Part shown: in pieces, positions 31,101-46,100 of the stretch
Layout: every line of letters begins with the position of its first letter
Position numbering within the stretch: position 1 is the stretch's first letter
From: Bugula neritina
Taxonomy: Eukaryota > Animalia > Bryozoa
Length of the DNA: 64,000 nucleotides
Direction: 5' to 3'
NCBI GenBank assembly: GCA_964035545.1
Contig: OZ037766.1
Span: 31,796,773 to 31,860,772, forward strand
Notes under the pieces: generated by a model
Databases searched by the model: none
Seen by the model: the letters and a program-made list of their open reading frames with translations, nothing else
What the model was told of the DNA's origin: nothing
Made by a program: the position numbers and the translations under genes

Positions 31101-34100
31101 GTTCTGAAGGTAAAATAGAAACAATGAATTAATTGCATACAAACAGCAACTCAAAAGTTTCCAAGGAATTAATTATGAAATAAAGACACAGATGTTAGTT
31201 GGACAACTACTGAGGACAAATACTGGTAAGACAGACATACCGAAGTGGAACATGTTGCTAAGAGCACTGGATACCAGCTCCAGGTTCTGAATGCAGCCGG
31301 TACAGAGTGCCACTAGCAGGTCGTAGGCAGCGTTGATGGTGTTAGTTGATTGACAGATGGCGACTACGTGACCTTGGGTGATGTCAGAGAGACGACCTTC
31401 CCGCTTGTCTAGCAACACTTTACTAACAGGTAGAAGGAAGTCTTCCATTAGTTCCTGAAGAACAATGGCAAGAAGTAGAATAAGAGAGGTAGGAAGAGTG
31501 GTGAATGCAAGGCCAAGCACAATTAGTACAAGTGGGCAAAGTTACAAAGTACAGATAGCAGAAATTAGACACACAAATGAAGATGATAAAGTAACAAGCA
31601 GAATAGTAGTAGTAGAGTTGAGATACATAGTAATAGCAGTAGAGTTGAGATACATAGTAATAGTAGTAGTAGAGTTGAGATACATAGTAATAGTAGTGGT
31701 AGAGTTGAGATACTTAGTAATAGTAGTAGTAGAGTTGAGATACATAGTAATAGTAGTGGAGGTGAGATACATAGTAATAGTAGTGGAGGTGAGATCTGAT
31801 GGTAATGAAACAACTTACCTTAATCAAGTTATTACCAGCTGCATCAGACCCATATTTACACTTCTTTTCTGGATCAAGAGGAAGTATTAACTCACGGGCT
31901 ATACCCAGATGCCCCTCTAGAAGTATCTCATGAACTGTACTAGAACCTGAGTCTACAGTCAACTCCTGAAACCATTGAAAATGCCTTAAATTAATATACC
32001 TGCTGAGAGAATCTAGCGACATAAACCTCTGTGGAGCGTAGCACCTAGACATACCTGTATTTGCTGGTATTACATTACATTATATTTGATGAAGACAATA
32101 AAGATACAAAAATATACAGCAACTATAAGAGTACAACTGGGAGTGGATGCTACACAGCAGTATTATATACACAACTAAACTAGAGAGGTAAGGCATGGAG
32201 TGGCAGAGTTAATGGAGATGGAAAGTTTGCAGTTTGAAGAAGATTGTGGTAAAGCTAAAACAGGTGAGAGTGTCAGGTGAGAGTGACAGGTGAGTGACAG
32301 GCGAGAGTGACAGCTGACAAGTGAAAGTGACAGATGAGTGACAGGTGTGAGTGACAAGTGAGAGTGACAGGCGAGAGTGACAGTGAGTGACAAGTGAGTG
32401 ACAGGTGGCAGTGAGATAGATATGGGAGAGTGACAGGTGAGAGTGACAGCTGACAAGTGAGAGTGACAGATGAGTGACAGGTGTGAGTGACAGTGACAAG
32501 TGAGAGTGACAGCTGACAAGTGAGAGTGACAGGTGTGAGTGACAGGTGTGAGTGAGAGTGACAAGTGAGAGTGACAGGTGAGAGTGACAGTGAGTGTCAA
32601 GTGACTGACAGGTGGCAGTGAGATAGATATGAGAGAACAACATGAAGACTACTATCCCAGCATGGTGTAACAGTATAAACAGTATAGAAAAGGTGAAGCA
32701 ATAAGAAGCCTGTTGTTCACACATACCCTCGTCTTCTTCAGCCATTTTATCTCATTTGTCAGTCTATCCTCCCCTTTAGCCAGAGGTTGTTCCATCTGAG
32801 CCCAGTTGAGGAGGTGGCAGAGTAGACTGAAGTATTCAGCAGACTGGCTGGCATAGATGGGCACTTTGTCCTGTATGACAGTATTACATCATATAGACAA
32901 TGTATAAACCATATACAGCTTGTATAAACAATATACATACGGCCTACATAGTACAGACTGGCCTACAGGCCGCATATATAAACAATATGAACACACACAA
33001 AATTTATGGAGCAGCCATGGTCTAGGGGTTACAGCATTTGCCTAGTAAGCACGAAGTCATGGGTTCGAACCCCGACAGAGGCCATTGGTGAAGTTAGGAA
33101 GAGCATATTTTTAGTTAACAGTGAAGGTCATTCAATGAAGGTCATTCAAAGTAGCTTATAGTCTGAATGCACGACACTGCAGTAGACAAGTTCCTGAGAC
33201 TAAGCACTAAAGTTCAGTCAATACCCCCCTCTACCCAGACAATGTGAACACTGAAGAAGTACATGGACAATAAACTTGGTAGACAAACAGGAGGGCAAGA
33301 CTGTGCTCACCATTTCTATACAGAAGAGAAGAGTTATGAAGAAATTAGGCTTCACTCTCATCGCTATGAGTTGAAACTGTTCTCGGGCTGTGCTCCTCAC
33401 CAGCCTGTAATACAATACAGAAATCTGAGGCTAACAATATCAGAATTAGAGGATACACTGTGAATGTAACCTTGTTACTAATTGAACGACTCAGACTGTA
33501 TGATGCTCACCTATTTTTACATATTAGAATAGTATCTACTATAAACTCCTGCCACGTTTTATCCTTGTGTAGGTTGGAGAGAGTTTCGGGGTGAAGGATG
33601 AGACAAAGAGTGAGCACGTGCAGACCTACACAGGCTAGCTGTACGTCTGCCGAATCTTCATCTTCTTCGCAATCTTTAGACATCTACAGTACGTATAAAC
33701 CAGTACATACATTATATACTAGACATCTACAGTACATATAAACCAGTATATACGATATATACTAGACATCTACAGTACGTATAAACCAGTATATACAACA
33801 TATACTAGACATCTACAGTACATATAAACCAGTATATACAACATATAAACCAGTATATACAATATATACTAGATATATACATAATATATACTAGATACAT
33901 ACAATATATACTAGACATCTACAGTACGTATAAACCAGTATATACAATATATACTAGATACATATAATATATACTAGACATCTACAGTACGTATAAACCA
34001 GTACATACATTATATACTAGACATCTACAGTACGTATAAACCAGTATATACAACATATACTAGACATCTACAGTACGTATAAACCAATATATACAACATA

Positions 34101-37100
34101 TACTAGACATCTACAGTACGTATAAACCAGTATATACAATATATACTAGACATCTACAGTACGTATAAACCAGTATATACAATATATACTAGACATCTAC
34201 AGTACGTATAAACCAGTATATACAATATATATCTAGACATCTACAGTACGTATAAACCAGTATATACAATATATACTAGACATCTACAGTACGTATAAAC
34301 CAGTATATACAATATATATCTAGACATCTACAGTACGTATAAACCAGTATATACAACATATAAACCAGTATATACAATATATACTAGATATATACATAAT
34401 ATATACTAGATACATACAATATATACTAGACATCTACAGTACGTATAAACCAGTATATACAATATATACTAGATACATATAATATATACTAGACATCTAC
34501 AGTACGTATAAACCAGTATATACAATATATACTAGACATCTACAGTACGTATAAACCAGTATATACAATATATACTAGACATCTACAGTACGTATAAACC
34601 AGTATATACAACATATACTAGACATCTACAGTACGTATAAACCAGTATATACAACATATACTAGACATCTACAGTACGTATAAACCAGTATATACAATAT
34701 ATACTAGACATCTACAGTACGTGTAAACCAGTATATACAATATATATCTAGACATCTACAGTACGTATAAACCAGTATATACAATATATACTAGATACAT
34801 ATAATATATACTAGACATCTACAGTACGTATAAACCAGTATATACAATATATACTAGACATCTACAGTACGTATAAACCAGTATATACAATATATACTAG
34901 ACATCTACAGTACGTATAAACCAGTATATACAATATATACTAGACATCTACAGTACGTATAAACCAGTATATACAACATATACTAGACATCTACAGTACG
35001 TATAAACAAGTATATACAATTTATACTAGACATCTACAGTACGTATAAACCAGTATATACAACATATACTAGACATCTACAGTACGTATAAACCAGTATA
35101 TACATTATATACTAGACATCTACAGTACGTATAAACCAATATATACATTATATACTAGACATCTACAGTACGTATAAACCAGTATATACAATATATACTA
35201 GACATCTACAGTACGTATAAACCAGCATATACATTATATACTAGACATCTACAGTACGTATAAACCAGCATATACAACATATACTAGACATCTATAGTAC
35301 GTATAAACCAGTATATACAATATATACTAGACATCTAAAGTACGTATAAACCAGCATATACATTATATACTAGACATCTACAGTACGTATAAACCAGCAT
35401 ATACAACATATACTAGACATCTACAGTACGTATAAACCAGTATATACATAATATATACTAGATATATACAACATATACTAGATATATATAATATATACTG
35501 GATATATATAATATATACTAGATATATACAACATATACTAGACATATACATACATACAACATATACTAGATATATACAATATATACTAGATGTATATATA
35601 CATACAACATATACTAGATACATACAATATATACGAGATATATACATTATATACTAGATATATATATATATATATATATATATAACATACTAGATATATA
35701 CTAGATGTATACTAGTATATATACAATATATAGTAGATATACATAACATATACTAGATATATAAAATATATACTAGATATATATATAATATATACTGGAT
35801 ATTAATAATATATACTAGATATATACAATATATACTAGATATACATAATATATACTAGATAGTAGATATACATAATATATACTAGATATACATAATATAT
35901 ACTAGATATATAGAATCTCACTTTTTCCACAGCTTTGCGTATTTGTTCAACAGATGAGTCAAGTAGATCTACGGATGAGCTGCAAGCTGACCACACTATT
36001 TTCTGCATAGCTTTGATAGAGACATCATTGGGTAAATGCTCCGTGGCCTGGAAAACAAGGGAAGACAATTTCAACACATCTAATACTCAGAAAAGTTGTG
36101 ACAGAAGAAATTAGAAAACAAATTGTGACAATCAATTCATTGCAGCTGCAGAATTTTGAGCCCTGAATATTACGCTCTTATGTCTGCCCTACTAAACAGT
36201 TAAGTAGATTTTCAACTTTGAGATACACGGATACATACCTTAGACTTGAGTTGTTTACAGAGTTGACTAGAGCACATGTGTTTGAGGACAGGGTCTGCCA
36301 TAGACGAAGGTAGTCGGTGAGTCATGTCCTGCAGATTGACAGCTTGCTGGTGTTCCTCGTTGGAGACAAAAAGACGCTGATTAATCTTGTCAGCAACACA
36401 CAGCACTGTAAGTATAGTAGGGTAAGTATAACTTAGAGTAGTGTAAGTATAACACAAAGTAGTGTAAGTATAACACAGAATAGTGTAAGTATAACACAGA
36501 GTAGTGTAAGTATAACACAGAGTAGTGTAAGTATAACACAAAGTAGTGTAAGTATAACACAGAGTAGTGTAAGTATAACACAGAGTAGTGTAAGTATAAC
36601 ACAGAGTAGTGTAAGTATAACACAGAGTAGTGCAAGTATAACATATAGTAGCGTAAGTATAACACAGAGTAGTGTAAGTATAACACAGAGTAGAGTAAGT
36701 ATAACACACAGAGTAGTGTAAGTATCACGTAAAGTAAGAATAACGCACAGTAAAGTGTCACGTACCTTTAGCGTGGGCAGCAGTTAGCAACATGACCTTG
36801 GCAATCTTTAGGGTTAATAGCAATGCGTCCCTGAAACAACAGTTACATTAGCTTCAGTTCCTTAGAGTTATTCATACAAGTAGGTGACTCATGAGATGGC
36901 ATCAATGTGATGAGACAGCACTATGCTCTACTATTTATTTATTTCAAACAGGTACCATTACTATATTACTGTATTAAACGGCAGTATATTACTATATTAG
37001 TAGAAGACACTATATTACTACGTACACGCTATATTACCATATTACTAGAAGACACTATATTACTGTATTAAACGGCAGTATATTACTATGTATACGCTAT

Positions 37101-40100
37101 ATTACCATATTACTAGAAGACACTATATTACTATATTACTGTAATAAACGGCAGTATATTACTATATTACTAGAAGACACTACATATTACTATATTAGAC
37201 ACATTATATTATATTACTGTATATTACTATATATGACTAGAGTAAACAGAACGTTACCTCTTAGACAGCGTGTCAGCACCAAACATGAAGTCATTCTGAG
37301 TCAGAGCTTTGAGGACCAGAGACACTCCTCCCGACTCTATGAAGGTCTTTGCAAAGCTGATCGTCTCCTCCATGTGGTTTTGTTGAGACGGCATCAACAG
37401 GGAATGGATCACCTGATTGGATAACAAATCTCAACCTCTAGTCCGTAAATCATAATAAAAATGTTCAAATCTTTGGTGATCACAACTCTGTAGTTGAATC
37501 TAATTCATAAATCTTCCACAGTGTAAATATATATTAAACTATGTGGGCATTGAATTGAAAGAAAACTCAATTTACTATCAAAAAGTTTCAAGAGTTGTTG
37601 CTACAAGCAGCAACAGGCGTACACAACACAGGTGCGTACTAAGAACAGGTAAAAGCCTACCTCCAGCAGGTAAACAGCTGCCGAAGGTGAAATATCCCCT
37701 CCAGACGCTGAGCTGAACAGTTTAGACTCCAGCTTGTCACCAGTGTACGGGGCATTGCTGTTGGCGCGTAGCGCCCTCTGTTGACATATCTCTTTTACAT
37801 AAGTTATGGTGGGCTGGTGGGGAGGGGATAACTCTAATAAGGCTCTAGTTGATTGCTACAGAGATAAACAGCACAGATGTGGTGTCATAATTTAATAGGC
37901 TTAATGAGTGAGTGAGTGTGTGAGTGAGTGAATGAGAGAGTGAGTGTGTGAGTGAGTGAGTGTGTGAGTGAGTGAGTGTGTGAGTGAGTGAGTGAGTAAG
38001 TAAGTGATTGAGTGAGTTATAGTGAGTGAGTTATAGTGAGTGAGTGAGTTATAGTGAGTGAGTGAGTTATAGTGAGTGAGTGAGTTATAGTGAGTGAGTG
38101 AGTTATAGTGAGTGAGTGAGTAAGTGAGTGAGTTATAGTGAGTGAGTGTGTGAGTGAGTTATAGTGAGTGAGTTATAGTGAGTGAGTGAGTTATAGTGAG
38201 TGAGTGAGTGATAGTGAGTGAGTGTGTGAGTGAGTTATAGTGAGTGAGTGAGTTATAGTGAATGAGTGAGTGAGCAGGAGTCAGTGAGCTAAAAGTAGCT
38301 GTTTGTGTAGTGATCCACCAGTAAGGAAGATGACTGTAGATTCAGTTGTACATACAAAAAAGTCAGCCGTAAGAGTAAACTTCAGAGAGGAATAAAGTTG
38401 TGGTTGAGACAAGGCAAAGCTGACTGATAACCATCTATTATCATCTGTTGTAGTATAGTGTAATGTACTGAGTCGTACTCGTAGTGTACTGAGTCATACT
38501 CGTAGTGTACAGAGTCATACTCGTAGTGTACTGAGTCGTACTCGTAGTGTACAGAGTCGTACTCGTAGTGTACAGAGTCATACCTGGTGATACTTACCAA
38601 TAAATTAGTGAGAGGAGGTGACACTTGATTAGCAAAGTCACAAATTGAATGCAGAATGGGAATATAATTGTCTTTTCTCGCCAAGATCTATAAAATATTG
38701 ATCGAAGTTGAGACACAAACATTACTGATATATCTAGTAACAATATTGCCACTAGCTACCACAGCTGCTACAACTACTACAGCTGCTGCTGCTAATATTA
38801 AAACTCACACTACAGCCAACTGCTGTCACAATGACCTACCACACCGGGAAGGCAACCTTCTGCATCAAGGTTGGGTCCATCATTTTGGTCTATGATAGGG
38901 GAGGCACTGGGGGAGCTCTCGCTGCTGGTCTCTGAAGCTGAGGCTACATTGCTGTTGGAGGCACAGATCTTAGCAGTTAGTATCTGCAACAGCATGTATA
39001 ATACTACACAGTATATATATACTATACAGTACATGTATAAGTGTATACAGTACATGTATAAGTGTATACAGTATATATAACACTATACAGTATGTATAAT
39101 ACTATACAGTATATATATACTATACAGTACATGTATAAGTGTACACAGTACATGTATAAGTGTATACAGTATATGTATAAGTGTATACAGTATATATAAG
39201 TATACATGACACACAAAGGAGCGGATGACGTACCGTTTTATCTCTCAATGGAATCTGTGATACTAACTTCCTGTCTCCGTAATGTTCGAGAGAATCACCG
39301 TTGAGACACAACTCTACTCGGTACGAGTTCATGAACTTGCTTCTGTAAATATTGTAATACCACACTGTATGGTAACATCACACTGTTTGGTAACATCACA
39401 CTGTGTGGTGTACATATAACACAGTTTGTTATACTATCACAATATAGTAAGATGTTACCACAAGACACAAGAAGAAGGTAAACAGACACAAGAACAAGGT
39501 AAGAAGACACAAGAACAAGGTAAACAGACACAAGAAGAAGGTAAACAGACACAAGAAGAAGGTAAGAAGACACAAGAACAAGGTAAACAGACACAAGAAC
39601 AAGGTAAATAGACACAAGAACAAGGTAAACAGACACAAGGACATACTTGATAAGAAACTGCCGCTTGATTCCTCCCAGAGTATCGTTGGTGTGAGACCAG
39701 ATCTCCACGTCTTCTGGTCTGCCACTCTGAGAGTTGGGGATCCGCACAAAGATGCTGAGGTGTTTACCACGGGAAGCCCTGCAATGTGTTACACGTGAGA
39801 CCTCTTGAATCTTTACTAATACTAATACATGAAGATGATATGTTGAGAGAATCAATTTAGTTAACAAACTCAACATTTTATCATTGAAACATTTTCAACC
39901 TTTAAGTCTGATAACTGACATTTATGAAAATAATATTCAACTGACAGTGAATGACTAATGCAGAGCCCAACATCACCAATCTAGTGGAACATTACAAATA
40001 CCAATGCTAAGACAGTTTATACTATGACTGGCCAGCAAAAGTAAGTGACTAATCTCAATTAGCCTGTAAGAAGTGCTGTTGCACAAACCTAGCCAATGAG

Positions 40101-43100
40101 AGAAGAGCTCTCTCATCAGGGTAGGTCTCGTCACACTCATGGATGTACTCATAGAGTACGGTGAGGAATCTAATCATTCTGTTAGCCTCAGTTTCTCTCT
40201 CTTCCACTGACCCCTTCCCCAGACATTTGAGGTTGGAAAACCGAGCATTTAGTCTATCAAAGCATTCCGATATAAACTCAATGTGAATCGTCTCCTACAA
40301 GCAGACAGAGGTGTGATGTCATAGAGGTGTGATGATGTCATAGAGGTTTGATGATGTCACAGAGGTGTGATGATGTCATAGAGGTGTGATGATGTCACAG
40401 AGGTGTGATGATGTCACAGAGGTGTGATGATGTCACAGAGGTGTGATGATGTCACAGAGGTGTGATGATGTCATAGAGGTGTGATGATGTCATAGAGGTG
40501 TGATGATGTCATAGAGGTGTGATGATGTCACAGAGGTGTAATGATGTCCGAGAGGTGTGATGATGTCATAGAGGTGTGATGATGTCATAGAGGTGTGATG
40601 ATGTCATAGAGGTGTGATGATGTCATAGAGGTGTGATGTAAAACTGTCACTGCATAATGGAATTACAGTTGTTGATATAAAACTCTGATAAACTAGCTTA
40701 AATATTTTAATACTGATGGTATACATTTTGATGTAACTTCCACTGACTATGCATATCTACAGATTGCCCATAGCAAACTTGCTTACCAACCACTCCTATT
40801 CAACAACAGTCTCAACCAGTAATAGACACAGTTAGTTACCTGCTGAGACTGCAAGTTAGGGCCGAGGTTGGCGTGGAGCTCCTTCATGATGGCAATGGCC
40901 TTGCTGGACACGGTATCAGAGCTGAGGAGTATTACAGTCCAGAGGTAGTCCATCCCGACCAGATTCAGGTCATTCATGACTAGACCACGCTTCCTCTCCA
41001 GCAGTCTGTTGTCCTCCTTCGTGTTCACGTTCCGGAAGAACCTCTCAAAGCACCTACCAAGTAGAAACCAGCATGTTGTTGTATGTTGCTAGGGGAGACC
41101 AGCACACGTTGTATGTTGCTAGGGGAAACCAGCACATGTTGTTGTATGTTGCTAGGGGAGACCAGCACACGTCGTTGTATGTTGCTAGGGGAGACCAGCA
41201 CACGTCGTTGTATGTTACTAGGGGAGACCAGCACACGTTGTTGTATGTTGCTAGGGGAGACCAGCACACGTTGTTGTACATTGCTAGGGGAAACAGGAAA
41301 CTAGATCTAGAGAGGCTCGCTAGAAGTAAACACTCACCCCATTCCGCTCTCGGTGAGCAAACTCGGGTCTAGCCTCAGAATCTGGTTCTCAAAGAACTCC
41401 TTTGCAATGTCAGGATCCAGGTCGGGCTCCTCCCCCATCAGCTACAAAGTGACAGACACTAGCCGTGTAGGAACTAAGGTTAAACAATGCAAGTAATAAC
41501 AGTATGGTGGGAGATAGGTTCCGTGAAGTGACGCACATATTGGAGGTTTCTCAGCTTTAAATAGAATGAGTAGAATAGGACATACAGACAGACAAATACT
41601 GATACTAATAAATAAGGAGAAAACACACAAACAAGCACAGAGCATGACTAGTAAATGCTGACCTTGGTAAACCATTTGAAACAAGATTCTCTGTCAGCAG
41701 GAAAAACAGCGTCTAGTGCCAAACAGTTCCAAACTTGCACAGCTTGAGGGGAGCAGAGCCAGAGGTGCCCCTCTTTCAATATAAATCGCAAGAACCTGAG
41801 TCTATCAGAAACTTGCTGGATGTGGTTGTATCTGCCATCAGGCAGGTAGTCCTCGGGGAGTACACTCGGGTTTTCTAATAACACGTGATACTTCTATTAT
41901 AACAGGCAACTTCTAATACTATTAATAACCTTACTATTACTACTAATAATACTACTACTAGTACTACTAGATTTATTAATGATAATACTAGTAATAATAC
42001 TACTAGTACTACTAATAATAATACTACTAGTACTACTATTACTACTAACAAACCTTTATGGAACTCTGCAGCTTTAAGCATGTACTGGAAGAGATTCTGC
42101 GAGACGGTTACCACAATCTTATGATTGTCCTGCAAGTCGCCAATCACTTTGTTTCTGAACCAAAGATGGCTGGACCGATTTGTGGGCTGACCGTATGATG
42201 CAGGGGCTTCAGTGAACAGTCGGCAAATCTCCATGATTTGTTTCAGAGCTGGTAGTACCCACATTTCATTATTCTACAGAAATATGTATACTCTCTATAC
42301 ACTCTCTATAAACTCTCTATATACTCACTGCATACTCACTATATACTCTCTATATACTCTCTGTATACTCCCTATATACTCTCTATAAACTGTCTGTATA
42401 CTCACTATATACTCACTGTATACTCACTGTATACTCACTATATACTCTCTATAAACTGTCTGTATACTCACTATATACTCTATATATACTCTCTATATAC
42501 TCTCTATATACTCACTGTATACTCACTATATAGTTACTGTATACTCACTATATAGTCACTGTCAATTGCACACAAAACGAGTCCAAGTGAAAGTGAAAGT
42601 ATACAGTGAATGTGAAAGTATACAGTCAAAGTGAAAGTATACAGTGAAAGTGAAAGTATACAGTGAAAGTGAAAGTACACAGTGAAAGTATACAGTGAAA
42701 GTATACAGTGAATGTGAAAGTATACAGTGAAAGTGAGAGTATACAGTGAAAGTGAAAGTACACAGTGAAAGTGAAAGTACACAGTGAAAGTGAAAGTACA
42801 CAGTGAAAGTGAAAGTACACAGTGAAAGTGAAAGTACACAGTGAAAGTGAAAGTACACAGTGAAAGTGAAAGTACACAGTGAAAGTGAAACTGCTGACAT
42901 ACCTTCAACTCCTCCACAAACTTATAAGTCCACTCTAGTTTGAGTTTATCCCTGTCCTGAGAACAGCTGTAGTCGAGTATCTTAATCAGAGCCGATAGTG
43001 CTTGATCCATGGTGTCGGTGGGGCAGTCATCGTCCCGCGCCAACGTCCACAGGAGAGAGAGAACTTTCTGAGCCATAACTCCTTCCTTGTCGTCCTCTGC

Positions 43101-46100
43101 CAGCCTCCTTATCAACTCTAACAGCTTCTCTCGCTGCTTCTTATTGGCTTGATGCCAACTCTTTTGGAAACATTTGAACAGGTGGTCCAGCTGCTCAGGT
43201 GAGAAGTCCCAGGCGAGTTTGGCCAGCAGCTCGTGAATATTCTACAAGCATCATCACCACGGAATACGTGATATTGGATAGTTCTACCCAACAAAGTGAG
43301 TTGCATATTCCTAGACATAGGATAGAAATTCCCAATAAATCCACACTGTATGTAAAGATACAGTCGTCAAGTAATTCATACCTTCACAATAGCGTCATGC
43401 TTGCCGTGCTGCGCCTGCCAGATGGTGTTGAGGTCATCCAGGGTCAACGCTTTCTCCTTGATCATAAACCTGATTATCTTCTCCAGTTTCTCGACGTACT
43501 GGGGCTGGTGGAGGGAGTCCCTCAACACAATGTCCAGTACATTGTTATCAGCTATCCATGACTGTAAAACCACCTCACAAGGCTTAAAAACTACGCAAGC
43601 ATTTCTATCAGCAATCAGTAGCTCAACAACAACTGTGCATGTTACTACTCCTGATGACGGTGTCACCCAGCATTAGAATGTGTGATACTTCCATATGCAT
43701 ATACCATCTACTACCAATGTGAAACACACAGGTGAAATACACAGGTGTAACATCAAGTATTGTTTGAGTCTTCTAGCAGCAGCAATGAATTATAACCCGT
43801 AAGAGTACAGCCCATAACACAACAGAGTCCTCGTTACTCTGGTTATACACAAACTAAGCACCATTGTAAGGGAATTCATACTGACCGCCATTTTGTCTGC
43901 TGTCAGCCACTCCTCTTCGTCAAGCGCTGCCTGACTGTGTCTATAGTAGTAGGAAACATTCATGATGACCTGCAACACAGGAAGCCAGGCTAAGGTCAAG
44001 GTGACACATCAGCTAACAGAGATATTACTGATAGATTAAATTTGTGACAGCTTCAATGTTCCCAGTGACACATTCAGCTATTGGAGCCCACAGCTCGTAG
44101 TCTAGTGGTTGGAGTGCTGACCTAGTAAACACTGGGTCAGCATAGCCACTGTGCAGTCAGCATGGCGAAACAGGAAGTAGAAAACTGAGGGGCTCTCTGA
44201 ACAAATACAGGTTCACTGGAGACTACTTTTCAGTTAGCATTTCATCCACAAAAACAACAATGCAACTCAATTAGATGAGATAGTTTAGTAAAATACTAAA
44301 ATCTAAGGAAGTCAGATCTGAAGAAAATAGAAGTTGCCTCCTTCTTAAGGACTACAAGTGGTTACTGTAACCATATTGAGTAGTGATGCTGCAAATTAGT
44401 ACCAATATCAAACACAAGTGATCTTAATAACCAATTATGACGCTATGGAGAAATTATTTATAAAATTATAGTTTTAATCATTATTTTAATTTTCGCTGAT
44501 AAATAATTTCTAGCTATTGATAAAATATGTTTGCAGGATACAGATATTATGTAAGTGAGAGAGTTCCGCTCTGGGGAGCAACTCGAGGCAAGGTGTGAGG
44601 GATGTGAGATGTGTGAGACAGGTGAGGTGCATGACAAGTGAGGTGTGTAGCAGGTGACCTACCTTGTTCACTTCGTTCAAAGCATTCATTTTTCCATTAA
44701 AAGAGGAGACTTTTAGCAGACGCAGAATCATGGCAAGTCTGAAGATTTCCAGATCTCGTGTTTTCTCCTCATGATCGGGAACTTGTGCAACGAGAAATTT
44801 AAGGCTCTTCATAATGGCCGACAGAGCGTCGTTCTTTGCTTCAGTTTTACTCTCCTTCTTCATTTCCTCGTCTGTCATTTTCTTCAGGCAGTCGGTGACA
44901 ATATCCTGTGGGAAGAGTAGCACAGACACTGAGGTTATGTCATTGTGCTGCCTACGAGATAATACGCTGCAGTGCAGCTTTGTGTAGCCAATCATTCAAA
45001 CAACAGTAGAACAGGTAAACTGGCTATCATTGAAACTCAGCCTGGTGCTAAACCCAGTCATCCCAACTTTCAAAGTTTAATGAGCACAGCTATCACAGAG
45101 AATATACATATCTGATTCATAGACCTCTTCGATCTCTTCAGAATACTACAGCATGTTCACTATCTCTAGAGAAGTATACTCTCAGCAAGATTTAGGATTG
45201 ACAAGGGTGTTTGAGGAATCCAACTTACAACAACTGGTAGGAAGTACGTCGTGATGGTGGCCACGGTTAGCACTTCATGGCACTGACCAAATGGTCTGAT
45301 CAAAGCTGATATCAGAGGGAATGTTAGAGGACGCCCCTCACCAGGTGCCACAGTGAACCTGTCCCTCAGTATACGAAAACCTCCATTCTTTCCAAACCTG
45401 TTGAGCAAATCTACCAGCCATCCCTGCAGTAGTATCAAAGTAAATAGAGTAGTGTCGCAGTGAATACAGTAGTGTCGCAGTGAATACAGTAGTGTCGCAG
45501 TGAATACAGTAGTGTCGCAGTGAATATAGTAGTGTCGCAGTGAATATAGTAGTGTCGCAGTGAATAGAGAAGGGTAGTAGATATGCTCACCCTGGATGGT
45601 ATCCGGGAGTCCATGGGTTTGGCGTAAATGTCGCTCTCCTCCAGGTTGAGAAGTTCCTGAGGTGACCTGTTTGAGTTGTACAGCTGAAACCTGGAGAACC
45701 GGACAGAGAGATGAGTCAGTGAAACCCGAAATAACCCGGAACATATTTGCTCGCATATGTTACCAGCGCAGAACAAATAACTTTAAAATTATAGTAAATT
45801 GGCAGAAAACAAAATAGGCCAGGCTACAATGAGCTCTTAACCAGGGCTGCCTCACTACACCAATATTTAAACATGCAGAAATCTCCTGGCTACAAAATAA
45901 ACCCAACAATAGAGTTGTCTGCCCAAACATCTTGGTTTTGCGCTTGGACAGACAACTCTGAAATTAGATTTAGTTTGCAGTGAAATGTAACTAGGCAGCC
46001 ATTTATTTCAACAAGACCAATGATCTCTAAGGTGACTAACTTTGACATGGGGTTCATAAGCATGGTCAGTAAATCGAGCAGCACGAGGTTATCTTGGTCT

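Noticed and set aside
33008-33106. Functional tRNA gene
   Set aside because: It has A/B boxes but no convincing acceptor stem, and a diverged second copy shares non-tRNA 3' sequence; a SINE fits better.
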